A DNA stretch of 64,000 nucleotides from Sphingobium sp. (GCA_965228065.1 OZ245788.1:2545668-2609667), one strand, 5' to 3'; counted from the stretch's first letter, positions 45,135-53,870 are shown. Made by a program: numbers and translations. Notes: a model not told the origin generated them from the sequence alone.

Positions 45135-46850
45135 ATGACCGATCTTTTCCAAAACCGACGCGATTTCATGGCCCGTGCGGGGTTCGGCATGGGGCTGCTC
45201 GGCCTGTCGGGCACGGCGCGCGCGCTTGGATCGCCGGTGCCGGACATGATCGTGTTCAACGCCAATGTCTGGACGGTCGACCCGGCGCAACCGAGCGCGC
45301 AGGCGTTCGCGGTGAAGAACGGCAAGTTCGTCGCGGTCGGCGGCAATGACGAGATCAAGGGCTATGCCGGCCCCGGCACCCAGCGGATCGATGCTGCCGG
45401 CGCGACGGTCGTGCCCGGCTTCATCGACGCGCATATCCATGCCAGCGGAGACATGGCGCTGTACGACGTCGTCGTCGGCAATCCGTTCGAGGTGGAGTTC
45501 GTCACGATCGCGACGATTCAGGATCGGTTGCGCGCACGCGTCAAAGAAACGCCGCCGGGCACGTGGATCAACGGCGCCTTCTATGACGACACCAAGGTGA
45601 AAGACAAACGCCCGCTCACCCGCCAGGATCTCGACCAGGTGTCGACCGTCCATCCGATCCGCGTGCGCCATCGCGGCGGGCATACCTATTGGTATAACAG
45701 CCTGGCGTTCGAACTGGCCGGGATCACGCGCGACACGCCCAACCCGCCGGGCGGCGAATATACCCGCGACAAGAATGGCGAACTGACCGGCCGTGCCGCG
45801 GAGCGCGGGAACCAGATCTTCTACACGGTCGGCAAGGAGCCGGAATATACGCCGGCGCAGAAGGAGGACCGCGCCCGCGTCGCCGCCGCGCATTTCTCGA
45901 AACAGCTCGTCAAATACGGCGTCACCAGCGTGCAATCGAGCACCGCGCAATATGACGATCTTGTCGCGCTCCAGGCCGTGCGCGCCGCCGGCGACCTGCG
46001 CCACCGCGTCAGTTTCGAAGTGTCCGGCAACCTGCTCGAGGGCATGATCAAGAACGGGATCAAGAGCGGTTTCGGCGACGAATGGATCCGGCTGGGCGCC
46101 ACCGCCGAATATGTCGTCGACGGCTCTTTCTCCGAGCGGACCATGGCGATGTCCAAACCCTATGTCGGATCCAACCCGCCGAACTACGGCATATTGGTCG
46201 AGACGCAGGAGGTGTTGAACGTCTGGGCCGAACGCGTCCACCGTGCGGGTATCCGGCTGAACTGTCACGCCAATGGCGATCGCGGCATCGCCGCCACGCT
46301 GACCGCCTACGAACGCGCGCTCAAGCTGCTGCCGGTCGCCGACACGCGGCCCAAGATCACCCATTGCACGATGATCAACGACGATCTGGTCCGCCGCATC
46401 AAGGAGAGCGGCGTGATCCCCACTCCCTTCACCAGCTATGCGTACTACAACACCGACAAGTTCGGATATTATGGCGCGGAGACCATGGATCATTGCATGG
46501 CGTTCCGGTCTTTCCTCGACGCCGGCATCCCGGCGGCCGCTGGCTCGGACTATTTCCCCGGCCCCTTCGCACCGCTGATGGGTATACAGGGGCTCGTGAC
46601 CCGCAAGGGCTGGAACGGCGAGACTTGGGGCGCGAAGCAGCGCGTGACCGTGGCCGAGGCGATCAGGATCAGCACGTATAACGGCGCCTATGCCAGCCAT
46701 GAGGAAGCGATCAAGGGATCGATCACGCCGGGCAAGCTCGCCGATTTCGTGATGCTCGCCGCGGACCCGCAGAAGATCGACGCCGAGAAGATCATCGACA
46801 TCAAGATCCTGCGCACGGTGACCGGAGGGCGAACGGTTTACGAGGCTTGA
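45135..46850 (+). CDS. Amidohydrolase-family (Amidohydro_3 / YtcJ-like) metal-dependent hydrolase, Tat-exported
   Basis: The start is MTDLFQNRRDFMARAGFGMGLLGLSGTARALG, a twin-arginine signal. The HxH motif is GFIDAHIH, with NCHANGD and a later AGSDY. Confidence 0.85.
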   Translation: MTDLFQNRRDFMARAGFGMGLLGLSGTARALGSPVPDMIVFNANVWTVDPAQPSAQAFAVKNGKFVAVGGNDEIKGYAGPGTQRIDAAGATVVPGFIDAHIHASGDMALYDVVVGNPFEVEFVTIATIQDRLRARVKETPPGTWINGAFYDDTKVKDKRPLTRQDLDQVSTVHPIRVRHRGGHTYWYNSLAFELAGITRDTPNPPGGEYTRDKNGELTGRAAERGNQIFYTVGKEPEYTPAQKEDRARVAAAHFSKQLVKYGVTSVQSSTAQYDDLVALQAVRAAGDLRHRVSFEVSGNLLEGMIKNGIKSGFGDEWIRLGATAEYVVDGSFSERTMAMSKPYVGSNPPNYGILVETQEVLNVWAERVHRAGIRLNCHANGDRGIAATLTAYERALKLLPVADTRPKITHCTMINDDLVRRIKESGVIPTPFTSYAYYNTDKFGYYGAETMDHCMAFRSFLDAGIPAAAGSDYFPGPFAPLMGIQGLVTRKGWNGETWGAKQRVTVAEAIRISTYNGAYASHEEAIKGSITPGKLADFVMLAADPQKIDAEKIIDIKILRTVTGGRTVYEA

Positions 46851-46859
46851 GGTCGGATG

Positions 46860-47060
46860 ACATTTGTGCGGGCGCGAAATCCGCGCGCATCTTTCGATCC
46901 AGTTTGTCTCCGAATCCGATGCAATTTTCCTCGCGGCTTATGAAACTAACGCAACACTTTCCGCGTAATCCTCTGTGCAAAGCCACTCCCCGATGGCGCC
47001 GTCCCCACCGGCGCCAATCCTCAACCCCGGTTCATCCCCACTGGACCGGGGTTTTTCTTT
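46860..47060 (+). ncRNA. Candidate small RNA or structured 3' UTR ending in an intrinsic terminator
   Basis: This stretch of about 200 nt is non-coding and relatively AT-rich. It has internal hairpins (GGCGCG..CGCGCC; GGCGCC-N9-GGCGCC) and two copies of AATCCTC (46967-46973, 47016-47022). The terminator lies at 47023-47060. No promoter was identified. Confidence 0.25.
47023..47060 (+). terminator. Intrinsic terminator
   Basis: The stem AACCCCGGT (47023-47031) pairs with ACCGGGGTT (47045-47053). The T-tract TTTTTCTTT runs to 47060. Confidence 0.7.
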
Positions 47061-47082
47061 GCGCCGATTCCGGCGCGCAACC

Positions 47083-47119
47083 CGTTTGACAGAGCCACGT
47101 CCGCCCCATAGCCCTTGGC
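47083..47119 (+). promoter_or_regulatory. Promoter-like 37-nt motif upstream of the M20 peptidase gene (paralogue of 44981-45017)
   Basis: CGTTTGACAGAGCCACGTCCGCCCCATAGCCCTTGGC ends 28 nt before the ATG at 47147. Confidence 0.45.
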
Positions 47120-47146
47120 GCCGCGCCATCATCCTGGGGATTGCCG

Positions 47147-48565
47147 ATGAAACACGTCCTTGCCGCCGCCGTCAGCGCATTTGCGCTTCTCTCGTCCGGC
47201 GCGGCGCTCGCTCAGTCGCCGGAGCTTCGGCCCGATCAGGTGGCGTTTCGCGATCTCTACAAGGAACTGATCGAGACCGACACGTCGGTGTCGACGGGAA
47301 GCTGCACTCTGGCCGCCGAGAAGATGGCGGCACGGCTGAAAGCGGTGGGCTATACCGACGATCAGCTCACTGTGTTCAAGCTCGACGAATTCCCGCTGGA
47401 TGGCGGGCTGGTCGCGGTCCTGCCCGGCACGTCGAAGACGGCGAAGCCGATATTGCTGCTCGGCCATCTCGACGTGGTCAATGCCCGGCGTGAGGATTGG
47501 GAGCGCGATCCGTACAAGTTCATCGAGGAAGACGGCTATTATTACGGCCGTGGCGCGTCCGACATGAAGGCGATGGTCGCGGCCTGGGTCGATACCATGG
47601 TCCGCTTCCGGAAGGACGGTTTCAAGCCGAAGCGCACGATCAAGATGGCGCTGACCTGTGGCGAGGAATCGGGCGCGCGGATGAACGGCGCGCAGTGGCT
47701 GGCGGAGAACAAGCCCGATCTGATCGCGGCGGAATTCGCGCTCAACGAAGGGGGCGGGGGCCGCACAGACGGCAAGGGCACGCTGGTCACCCAGTCGATT
47801 CAGGTCGGCGAGAAATCCAATCGCAGCTTCGAATTGCAGACCACCAATCCGGGCGGCCACAGCTCGATCCCGGTCGACGACAATGCGATCTACGAATTGT
47901 CCGACGCGCTGGTGAAGGTGCGGGCGTATAAATTCCCCGTCCATTTCAACGATACGACGCGCGCCTTCTTCAGCAAGGCCGGCGCCGGCCGCACCGACGA
48001 TCTCGGCCGCGCGATGGTGCAACTTGCCAAGGATCCGACGGACAAGGCGGCGGAGGCGATCGTTTCGGCGGATCGCGGCTATAATTCGATGCTGCGCACC
48101 ACCTGCGTCGCGACCATGCTGGATGCGGGTCATGCCGCCAATGCGCTGCCGCAACGTGCCAAGGCGACGGTGAATTGTCGGATCGTTCCCGGCGAGGATG
48201 CGGATACGACACGCGCCGCGCTGCAACGCGCGATCGGCGATCCGAAGACGAGCGTGACGCTGGTCGGCCGGCTGCGCCCGATCGCGGTGCCGCCGCCGCT
48301 CGATCGCAAGATCGTCGAGCCCGCCGAAAAGCTGGTCGCCCGCTATTTCCCGGGCGTTCCGCTGATCCCCACCATGCTGACAGGTGCCACCGACGCAACC
48401 TTCCTCGCGCCGATCGGTATCCCCACCTATGGCGTGCCCGGCGGCTGGGGCGATCCCGACGGCAACGGCGCCCACGGCCTGAACGAACGCCGCGAAATCC
48501 GCTCGGTCATGGTCGGACGGGATTTCCTGTACGATCTGGTGAAAGCCTACGCGAACCAGCAGTGA
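47147..48565 (+). CDS. M20/M25/M40-family metallopeptidase (carboxypeptidase / desuccinylase-like), secreted
   Basis: The start is MKHVLAAAVSAFALLSSGAALAQ, with the SD sequence GGGGA 6 nt upstream. Motifs include LLLGHLDVV, GRGASDMKA and CGEESG. Confidence 0.85.
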   Translation: MKHVLAAAVSAFALLSSGAALAQSPELRPDQVAFRDLYKELIETDTSVSTGSCTLAAEKMAARLKAVGYTDDQLTVFKLDEFPLDGGLVAVLPGTSKTAKPILLLGHLDVVNARREDWERDPYKFIEEDGYYYGRGASDMKAMVAAWVDTMVRFRKDGFKPKRTIKMALTCGEESGARMNGAQWLAENKPDLIAAEFALNEGGGGRTDGKGTLVTQSIQVGEKSNRSFELQTTNPGGHSSIPVDDNAIYELSDALVKVRAYKFPVHFNDTTRAFFSKAGAGRTDDLGRAMVQLAKDPTDKAAEAIVSADRGYNSMLRTTCVATMLDAGHAANALPQRAKATVNCRIVPGEDADTTRAALQRAIGDPKTSVTLVGRLRPIAVPPPLDRKIVEPAEKLVARYFPGVPLIPTMLTGATDATFLAPIGIPTYGVPGGWGDPDGNGAHGLNERREIRSVMVGRDFLYDLVKAYANQQ

Positions 48566-48572
48566 TGCCTAT

Positions 48573-48734
48573 TCTCCTCCCTGTCGAAGACGGGGAGGGG
48601 GACCATGCGCAGCATGGTGGAGGGGAAGCGCCGCGCCAGCGGCGATCGGCTCGGTGTGGAGGACGGATCGTAATTCTCCTCTACCACGCCGCGTCGCGTC
48701 GCGGTCTCCCTCCCCGTCTTCGACAGGGAGGAGA
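48573..48734. repeat. MITE/REP-like element with perfect 27-bp terminal inverted repeats
   Basis: TCTCCTCCCTGTCGAAGACGGGGAGGG (48573-48599) is the exact reverse complement of 48708-48734. The 108-bp core contains GGGACCATGCGCAGCATGGTGGAGGGG. Confidence 0.9.
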
Positions 48735-48766
48735 TGGAAGACGGATCACCATGTGAATTTTCGATT

Positions 48767-49231
48767 TCAATCCGGGATCGGGAAACTCGACAGAATGCTT
48801 CGTAGTTCGTCATTTCGCGCCTTGTGTCGGTCGCGTTCGCACCCAAGCTCGGCCAGATAGTGCCAATCGCTATTTGAACCGATCCAGCGAATGTAGATCG
48901 CACCGACATCCGTGACGACCGGTGTGCCGGCCGGGCATGTGCCGTGGATGAAGCGTTTTAGACTGGCCTCATCGCGAACGACGGCTTGTGTCCGGAAGGG
49001 TTTGAGACGCTCGATCAGGCGATCGACTTGCTCAGGCTTAAGCGCGAACGTGCCATCCCTGCTCGACGCAGGATATTCGTCGATACGAAAACGTCCATCG
49101 CCTTGGCGATTCAGCGAAATATCCACCGAGGACTCGCCCGACCGCCGCATTTCGATGCGATCGATATCCGGTTGTGCCTGACTGCAGCTGGTCAGCAGTG
49201 CGAAAGGAAAGAAGGCGATTGCGATGCGCAT
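48767..49231 (-). CDS. Hypothetical lipoprotein (orphan, AT-richer)
   Basis: The start is MRIAIAFFPFALLTSCS, which includes a lipobox. The ORF is 154 aa. I recognise no family. Confidence 0.55.
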   Translation of the reverse strand: MRIAIAFFPFALLTSCSQAQPDIDRIEMRRSGESSVDISLNRQGDGRFRIDEYPASSRDGTFALKPEQVDRLIERLKPFRTQAVVRDEASLKRFIHGTCPAGTPVVTDVGAIYIRWIGSNSDWHYLAELGCERDRHKARNDELRSILSSFPIPD

Positions 49232-49280
49232 GCCCCAGTTTGCGGTGGCACGTGAGAGAGCGCAACGGAATTGCTAGCCT

Positions 49281-50327
49281 CTACCCCCGCGACCCAGCCT
49301 TAATCCACCCCGCAATATCGTCCATGATCTCCTTCGACACCGGCCGCGTCCATTTATACTCGGCGGGCGTCATCTTGCCTTCGCCGTCCTGCATGATGTG
49401 ATTGAGCCTGGGATAATGTTTCAGAGTCACGCCGCGGGTGCCGGTGAGCGCCTTGGTCCAGACGTCCCAATCCTCAGGCGTGATCAGATAGTCGCGGTCG
49501 CCGTGCATGATGACCACGCGGCCGCCGCGGCCGGTGAGCGTCTTCACCTGTCCGACCGGATCGATCGCGGCCATGTCCCGCCAATACCAGACCGGGCTGG
49601 CATGGATGATCTCGTTCGCCTCGCTTTCCGGCGTGATCGCATTGATCCGCTCGCCATTCTGCCGGATCTCCGCCGCGCGCTTCAGCTCGGCCGGATCTTT
49701 CGAGATGCTGGTCACATAGTCGGCCTGCTGGATGATGATGTCGCCGATGCGGCGCGGCGAACTCGCCATGATGAGCGCGCCGGCAAGGCCGTTCTGGTTG
49801 GCGATGGTGGGAGCGACCATGCCGCCCTGGCTGTTGCCGAAGATATAGACACGCTTTGGATCGACGCGTGCGGTGCCTTTCAGCAACTGCGCCGCGCTCG
49901 ATGCATCCTCGATGAATTCCTCTTTCAGCGAGGGCGGGCGGTTCAGCGCCTTGAACTGCGCGCGATGCTCGGTGGGGCGCTTGGTATAGCGCACAACGGC
50001 GATGCCGCGCGCGGCGAGCCCCCAGGCGAGGTCGCGATAGATGGTGCTGCCGCCGACATTCATATCGAGCGTGCCCGGGCCCGAGCCATGGACGAGCACC
50101 ACCGCGGGAAACGGTCCCTTGCCCGCGGGCATGGTGAGCGCGCCGGTCACCTGCCACTCGCCGTTGCCGAGCTTGATCGCCTGCTCGGTCACGCCGGCAG
50201 GAAGTTCGGCATAGGCAGTCGTGTCGGGCGCGGTCGATTGCGCGATTGCAGCGGCGGGCAGGACTGCCCCGAGGAGAGCTGCGGCGACTGCCTGTGTCGT
50301 GAAACTGCTCCTCGATCGGATCGACAT
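49281..50327 (-). CDS. Alpha/beta hydrolase (S9/dienelactone-hydrolase-like), secreted
   Basis: The start is MSIRSRSSFTTQAVAAALLGAVLPAAAIAQS (ATG at 50327). VVLVHGSGPG is present. The nucleophile is IFGNSQGG, and the region containing the catalytic Asp and His reads IMHGDRDY...LNHIM. Confidence 0.8.
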   Translation of the reverse strand: MSIRSRSSFTTQAVAAALLGAVLPAAAIAQSTAPDTTAYAELPAGVTEQAIKLGNGEWQVTGALTMPAGKGPFPAVVLVHGSGPGTLDMNVGGSTIYRDLAWGLAARGIAVVRYTKRPTEHRAQFKALNRPPSLKEEFIEDASSAAQLLKGTARVDPKRVYIFGNSQGGMVAPTIANQNGLAGALIMASSPRRIGDIIIQQADYVTSISKDPAELKRAAEIRQNGERINAITPESEANEIIHASPVWYWRDMAAIDPVGQVKTLTGRGGRVVIMHGDRDYLITPEDWDVWTKALTGTRGVTLKHYPRLNHIMQDGEGKMTPAEYKWTRPVSKEIMDDIAGWIKAGSRG

Positions 50328-50463
50328 CGCCACATTCCTTCCCTTCGCTTCTTCGACCGTGCCGGACGTTATGCGGCGACGCGCGAATGTCCGGCCCAAT
50401 TCGACGAGCGCCCTCCGCCGAACGATCGACGACAATCGGGAGCGGCATGACATGATCGAGAAC

Positions 50464-50560
50464 CTTCGCGCTTTCGCGTCTTCGCGTGAGTCATGCGGAT
50501 CCGGACGGGACCTCGATCCTATGGGTTCACGCGAAGACGCGAAGACGCGAAGGCGCGAAG
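50464..50560. repeat. REP-like imperfect inverted repeat built from CGTCTTCGCG units
   Basis: The left arm is CTTCGCGCTTTCGCGTCTTCGCGTGA (50464-50489). The right arm is TCACGCGAAGACGCGAAGACGCGAAGGCGCGAAG (50527-50560). Confidence 0.75.
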
Positions 50561-50582
50561 CAGGGGAAGGGGAAGCCTGGCG

Positions 50583-51629
50583 TTACCGCGCCGGGCGTCG
50601 CGCCTTCGCGATCACCTCTTCGATTGCGGCGATCACCAGATCGGGCCGCTGATCCTGGATATAGTGCGAGACACCGGCGACGCGGCGGTTCTCGCCGCGC
50701 GAGGAGAGGGCCGCAAGTTCGCGATGCGCCAGCGCCAGATCGGTCAGGAATATCGGGAGCTGATCGTACACGGCCTTTGGCGTGCTTGGCGGCAACTCCT
50801 GCACCTTCTCGGCGGACAGCACGATCAATGGCATCGCGCCATAATTGCGCGCGGGATTGATCGCGAGTTCGGCGCTGCGCACGAAATTGGTGGTCAGCGA
50901 GATCGTCGCTTCCCAGCGCGCCGGATCCATGTCGCGCGTCTTCAGCGCCGACGACAGCGCGGTCGGATAGGTTGGCGGATAAGCGAGGCAGTCATTGGGA
51001 TCGGGCGATGTCGGGGTGAGCGTGCCGGCGGCGATCTCCGCCATGCAGCCGCGCGCGCGTTTCGCGCCCTCGGCATAGATCTGCTCGGCGAAGGCCGGGA
51101 GGGCGGGCGCGGTTCTCCTTTGGCGGGCATCCTGATCCGGAATGCTGGGATCGACCAGCATCATGCCGATCACCTCCTTCGGATGGCGATCCTTGAACAG
51201 CAATGTCTCGTATCCGCCCATCGAATGGCCGACGAGGATATAGGGGCCGCGCAGCCCAGCGCTCTTCAGGGCGGCTTCCAGATCGGAGGTGGTGTTGTCG
51301 ATCGTCTGTGGCACCGCGCTGCCGTCGCTGAAGCCGAAGCCGGCGCGGTCCCATGCGCAGGCGCGGACATGCGCGCCGCGCGCGATCGCCGGCTGGATAT
51401 TGCGCCAGGTCTGCCCCCAGTCGCCCAGTCCGGCGGTCATGATGACGGTGAGGGAGCCTTTGCCCATGCAGTTCAGATGGATGCGGCGGCCATCGGGCAG
51501 CTTCGCGAGGATGTCGGGTTTCACATAGGGGGTGAGCAGCGGATCGGGCTGGACGGGCGTTGGCGTCTGTGCGCTGGCGATCGCTGCGCAAGCCAGGCTG
51601 AGCGTCGCCGCAAGATGTGAAAGCCGCAT
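50583..51629 (-). CDS. Alpha/beta hydrolase, secreted
   Basis: The start is MRLSHLAATLSLACAAIASAQ (ATG at 51629). The nucleophile is LVGHSMGG. It is a paralogue of the 23944-24984 product (shared pattern DRAG...LVGHS(L/M)GG...DPS/DAS). Confidence 0.8.
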   Translation of the reverse strand: MRLSHLAATLSLACAAIASAQTPTPVQPDPLLTPYVKPDILAKLPDGRRIHLNCMGKGSLTVIMTAGLGDWGQTWRNIQPAIARGAHVRACAWDRAGFGFSDGSAVPQTIDNTTSDLEAALKSAGLRGPYILVGHSMGGYETLLFKDRHPKEVIGMMLVDPSIPDQDARQRRTAPALPAFAEQIYAEGAKRARGCMAEIAAGTLTPTSPDPNDCLAYPPTYPTALSSALKTRDMDPARWEATISLTTNFVRSAELAINPARNYGAMPLIVLSAEKVQELPPSTPKAVYDQLPIFLTDLALAHRELAALSSRGENRRVAGVSHYIQDQRPDLVIAAIEEVIAKARRPAR

Positions 51630-51744
51630 GGTCCGATCCCCCCTTTTGACGAGGATCATGGCACCGGCGCGAAACGCTGTCGATGCGGCTGGGCGGCGGA
51701 CAATAAGTCGCTCTCCCCTGAAGTGGGAGAGGGAGCAGGCCTCA

Positions 51745-52290
51745 TCACGCTCCGACCCGCAGCAATTCCATCTCCGGCTGTCTCCGGTCCGGCGAGGCGA
51801 TAAACGCCTTCAGCTGTTCCTCCAGCGTCGTCCGGTCGCGAAAATTACAGCTCGATGCGCTGTTGGGATCTCGGGACACCGATCCGCCCGACTGTTCGAC
51901 CGCTGCTGCCGCCGCGCCGCCGCACGGCAGGACGGTAATGAGATAGCGTCCGTCGCGCACCTCCAGCATCAGGAACATCGCATCGCGATCATTCCCGCCC
52001 GGATCGATCTTCTGCGTCTGGGCGATATAGAGTCGGTCGGCGCGGGGCCCGAACGGCACGGTGACGACGCGCCAGTCGGTATCGGTCTTGAAGGACAGGC
52101 TGCCGTCCGCATTCTGCGTCACGCGGAACACCTCGTCGCCTTCGGGTTTCGCGCCGATTTCGGCCAGGCGATAATCGCCGGAGGGAATGACGGCCTCGCC
52201 TTCCTTCGCATCATACCAGGCCTCACCGCCCCAGCAGGACGCCAGCAGCAGCGGCGCGAGCAGGGCCATGATCGGTTTCATCATCTTCAT
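51745..52290 (-). CDS. Hypothetical lipoprotein
   Basis: The start is MKMMKPIMALLAPLLLASC, which includes a lipobox. The ORF is 181 aa. I recognise no family. Confidence 0.55.
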   Translation of the reverse strand: MKMMKPIMALLAPLLLASCWGGEAWYDAKEGEAVIPSGDYRLAEIGAKPEGDEVFRVTQNADGSLSFKTDTDWRVVTVPFGPRADRLYIAQTQKIDPGGNDRDAMFLMLEVRDGRYLITVLPCGGAAAAAVEQSGGSVSRDPNSASSCNFRDRTTLEEQLKAFIASPDRRQPEMELLRVGA

Positions 52291-52483
52291 GCCGGTTCGC
52301 CATCCTCTGCTGCGTCAAGCCGAACAGACATGTTCAGTGGCGCGCGTGCAATCGCCAATGCAGATCCGGGGCACCGGCTCATGGCGCAACGGCCGCCAAT
52401 GACCGGCTCGGCAGGGTCGACTTGCCCGCCATCTGCCAATGATGCAATTCTGCCGCGTGTTGTGAGTTGAAAAGAGGGAATTT

Positions 52484-52813
52484 GTGAATGTCGTCAAACT
52501 CGATGCGCGGCATTGGCAGCTTCCCGCTGATTTCTACAATGCGCTGTTGAGAAAGCTGGGCGCGCCGGATTGGCACGGGCAATGTGTGCCCGCTCTGATA
52601 GATTCTATGATTGCCGGAAATATCAACCAAGTCGAATTGCCATTGCGCGTGGTGGTGACAGGATTGGACCAGGCAAGCGAAGCGGCATTTGATGAACTGA
52701 TTGGCGCCTTCTCGGCGCTCGCTCGATATGGAGCGGTTGCGCAGATCACGTCCGATCGAGCTTCGATCGATATTGCGGACGACGTGTCTCCTTTCCTGGA
52801 CGGCAGGTCCTGA
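52484..52813 (+). CDS. Barstar-like (YhcO-like) ribonuclease-inhibitor / immunity family protein, orphan
   Basis: A GTG start follows AGAGGGA. ADFYNALLRKLGAPDWHGQCVPALIDSMI...LPLRVVVTGL...FDELIGAF fits the barstar-family pattern (DFY..L...L..P.Y.G.NLDAL.D.L...P..I.). The gene is AT-richer than its neighbours, judged by eye. Confidence 0.5.
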   Translation: MNVVKLDARHWQLPADFYNALLRKLGAPDWHGQCVPALIDSMIAGNINQVELPLRVVVTGLDQASEAAFDELIGAFSALARYGAVAQITSDRASIDIADDVSPFLDGRS

Positions 52814-52853
52814 GGAGATACTTCGCTTCAAATCCCAACCGAAGCGTCACCCC

Positions 52854-53756
52854 TCAATCATCCAGCGCTCGAACCCGCGCCCGCAACCGCGGCGCGATGA
52901 AATCGATGAACGCGCGCACCTTCACCGGCAGCAGACCCTGTCCTGAATGGACGAGCTGGATCGGGATCGGCTCCGGCGCGAAATCTTCCAGCAGCGCGAC
53001 CAGCGTGCCGGAGCGGAGCTGGTCGACGATCTGGTAGGAGAGCAATCGCACGATGCCGAGCCCGGCCACCGCGGCGTCGATCGCGGCCTCCACCGTGTTG
53101 AGTGATACGCGCGTGCGCGGCTCGATCAGCGCGGCATTGTCGCCGCGATAATTCCAGCCGGACGCGCCCGCGACATTGCGGAAGCCGATGCCGTCATGCG
53201 CCGCGAGATCGGCCGGGATCGTCGGTGTGCCCCGCGCGGCGAGATAGGCCGGGCTGGCGCAGATTACGCGCCGGACGCTGCCGATGCGCGTTGCAATGAG
53301 CGCGCTATCCTCCAGATGGCCCAGGCGGACCGCGGCATCGAGATGTTCGTCGATCAGGTTCACTTGCCGATCGACCAGCGACAGGCGCAGGTCGATCTTC
53401 GGATGGTCTGCGAGGAACTCGGCGGCGAGGGGCAGGAGGTGCAGCCGCCCGAATACCGCCGGAGCAGTGACCGCAAGTTCGCCGCGCGGCTCGCGATATT
53501 CCCCCGCTGCCGCGCGCTCGGCATCATCCATCTGTTCCAGGATGCGCCGGCTCGCCTCGACGAAGCCGCGTCCCGCGTCGGTCAGCGCGACACGGCGGCT
53601 GGTGCGCACCAGCAATTGCGTGCCGAGATGGCGTTCCAGCTCGGCCATCTTGCGGCTGACCGTGGCGAGCGGCGCGCGCAGGCGGCGTGCGCCGGCAGAG
53701 ATGCTGCCTTCCTCGACCACCGCGAGCAGCACCGCCATCGCATCGAAACGATCCAT
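52854..53756 (-). CDS. LysR-family transcriptional regulator
   Basis: The N-terminal wHTH reads MDRFDAMAVLLAVVEEGSISAGARRLRAPLATVSRKMAELE. A LysR substrate-binding domain follows. Confidence 0.9.
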   Translation of the reverse strand: MDRFDAMAVLLAVVEEGSISAGARRLRAPLATVSRKMAELERHLGTQLLVRTSRRVALTDAGRGFVEASRRILEQMDDAERAAAGEYREPRGELAVTAPAVFGRLHLLPLAAEFLADHPKIDLRLSLVDRQVNLIDEHLDAAVRLGHLEDSALIATRIGSVRRVICASPAYLAARGTPTIPADLAAHDGIGFRNVAGASGWNYRGDNAALIEPRTRVSLNTVEAAIDAAVAGLGIVRLLSYQIVDQLRSGTLVALLEDFAPEPIPIQLVHSGQGLLPVKVRAFIDFIAPRLRARVRALDD

Positions 53757-53870
53757 TCCCAGCCTTCCGGAAAATGAGAGGAAGTATCCAATAATCTCCG
53801 GCTACTGATGATTGGCGTCAAGGGATATCTGCCATGCGTTGGCGGCGATCCGGTTGGATCCGTGTGGAGA

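Noticed and set aside
46847-47089. An 80-aa ORF lies in the gap after the amidohydrolase gene.
   Set aside because: Its codon bias is poor. It reads straight through an intrinsic terminator hairpin, and its product has no recognisable features. I treat the region as a non-coding RNA candidate instead.
48573-48734. I considered whether the many palindromic repeats (also at 12058-12154, 26338-26447, 50464-50560, 55941-56070 and 58779-58871) could be a CRISPR array.
   Set aside because: They are isolated inverted repeats from different families, scattered between genes. They are not regularly spaced direct repeats with unique spacers, and no cas genes are present.
52290-52854. I searched for a barnase-like or other toxin gene partnering the barstar-like ORF. 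This included the antisense 150-aa ORF 52379-52831.
   Set aside because: The antisense ORF overlaps the barstar-like CDS almost completely and has no RNase motifs. The upstream gap contains no ORF with a start and RBS, so the immunity gene is reported as an orphan.
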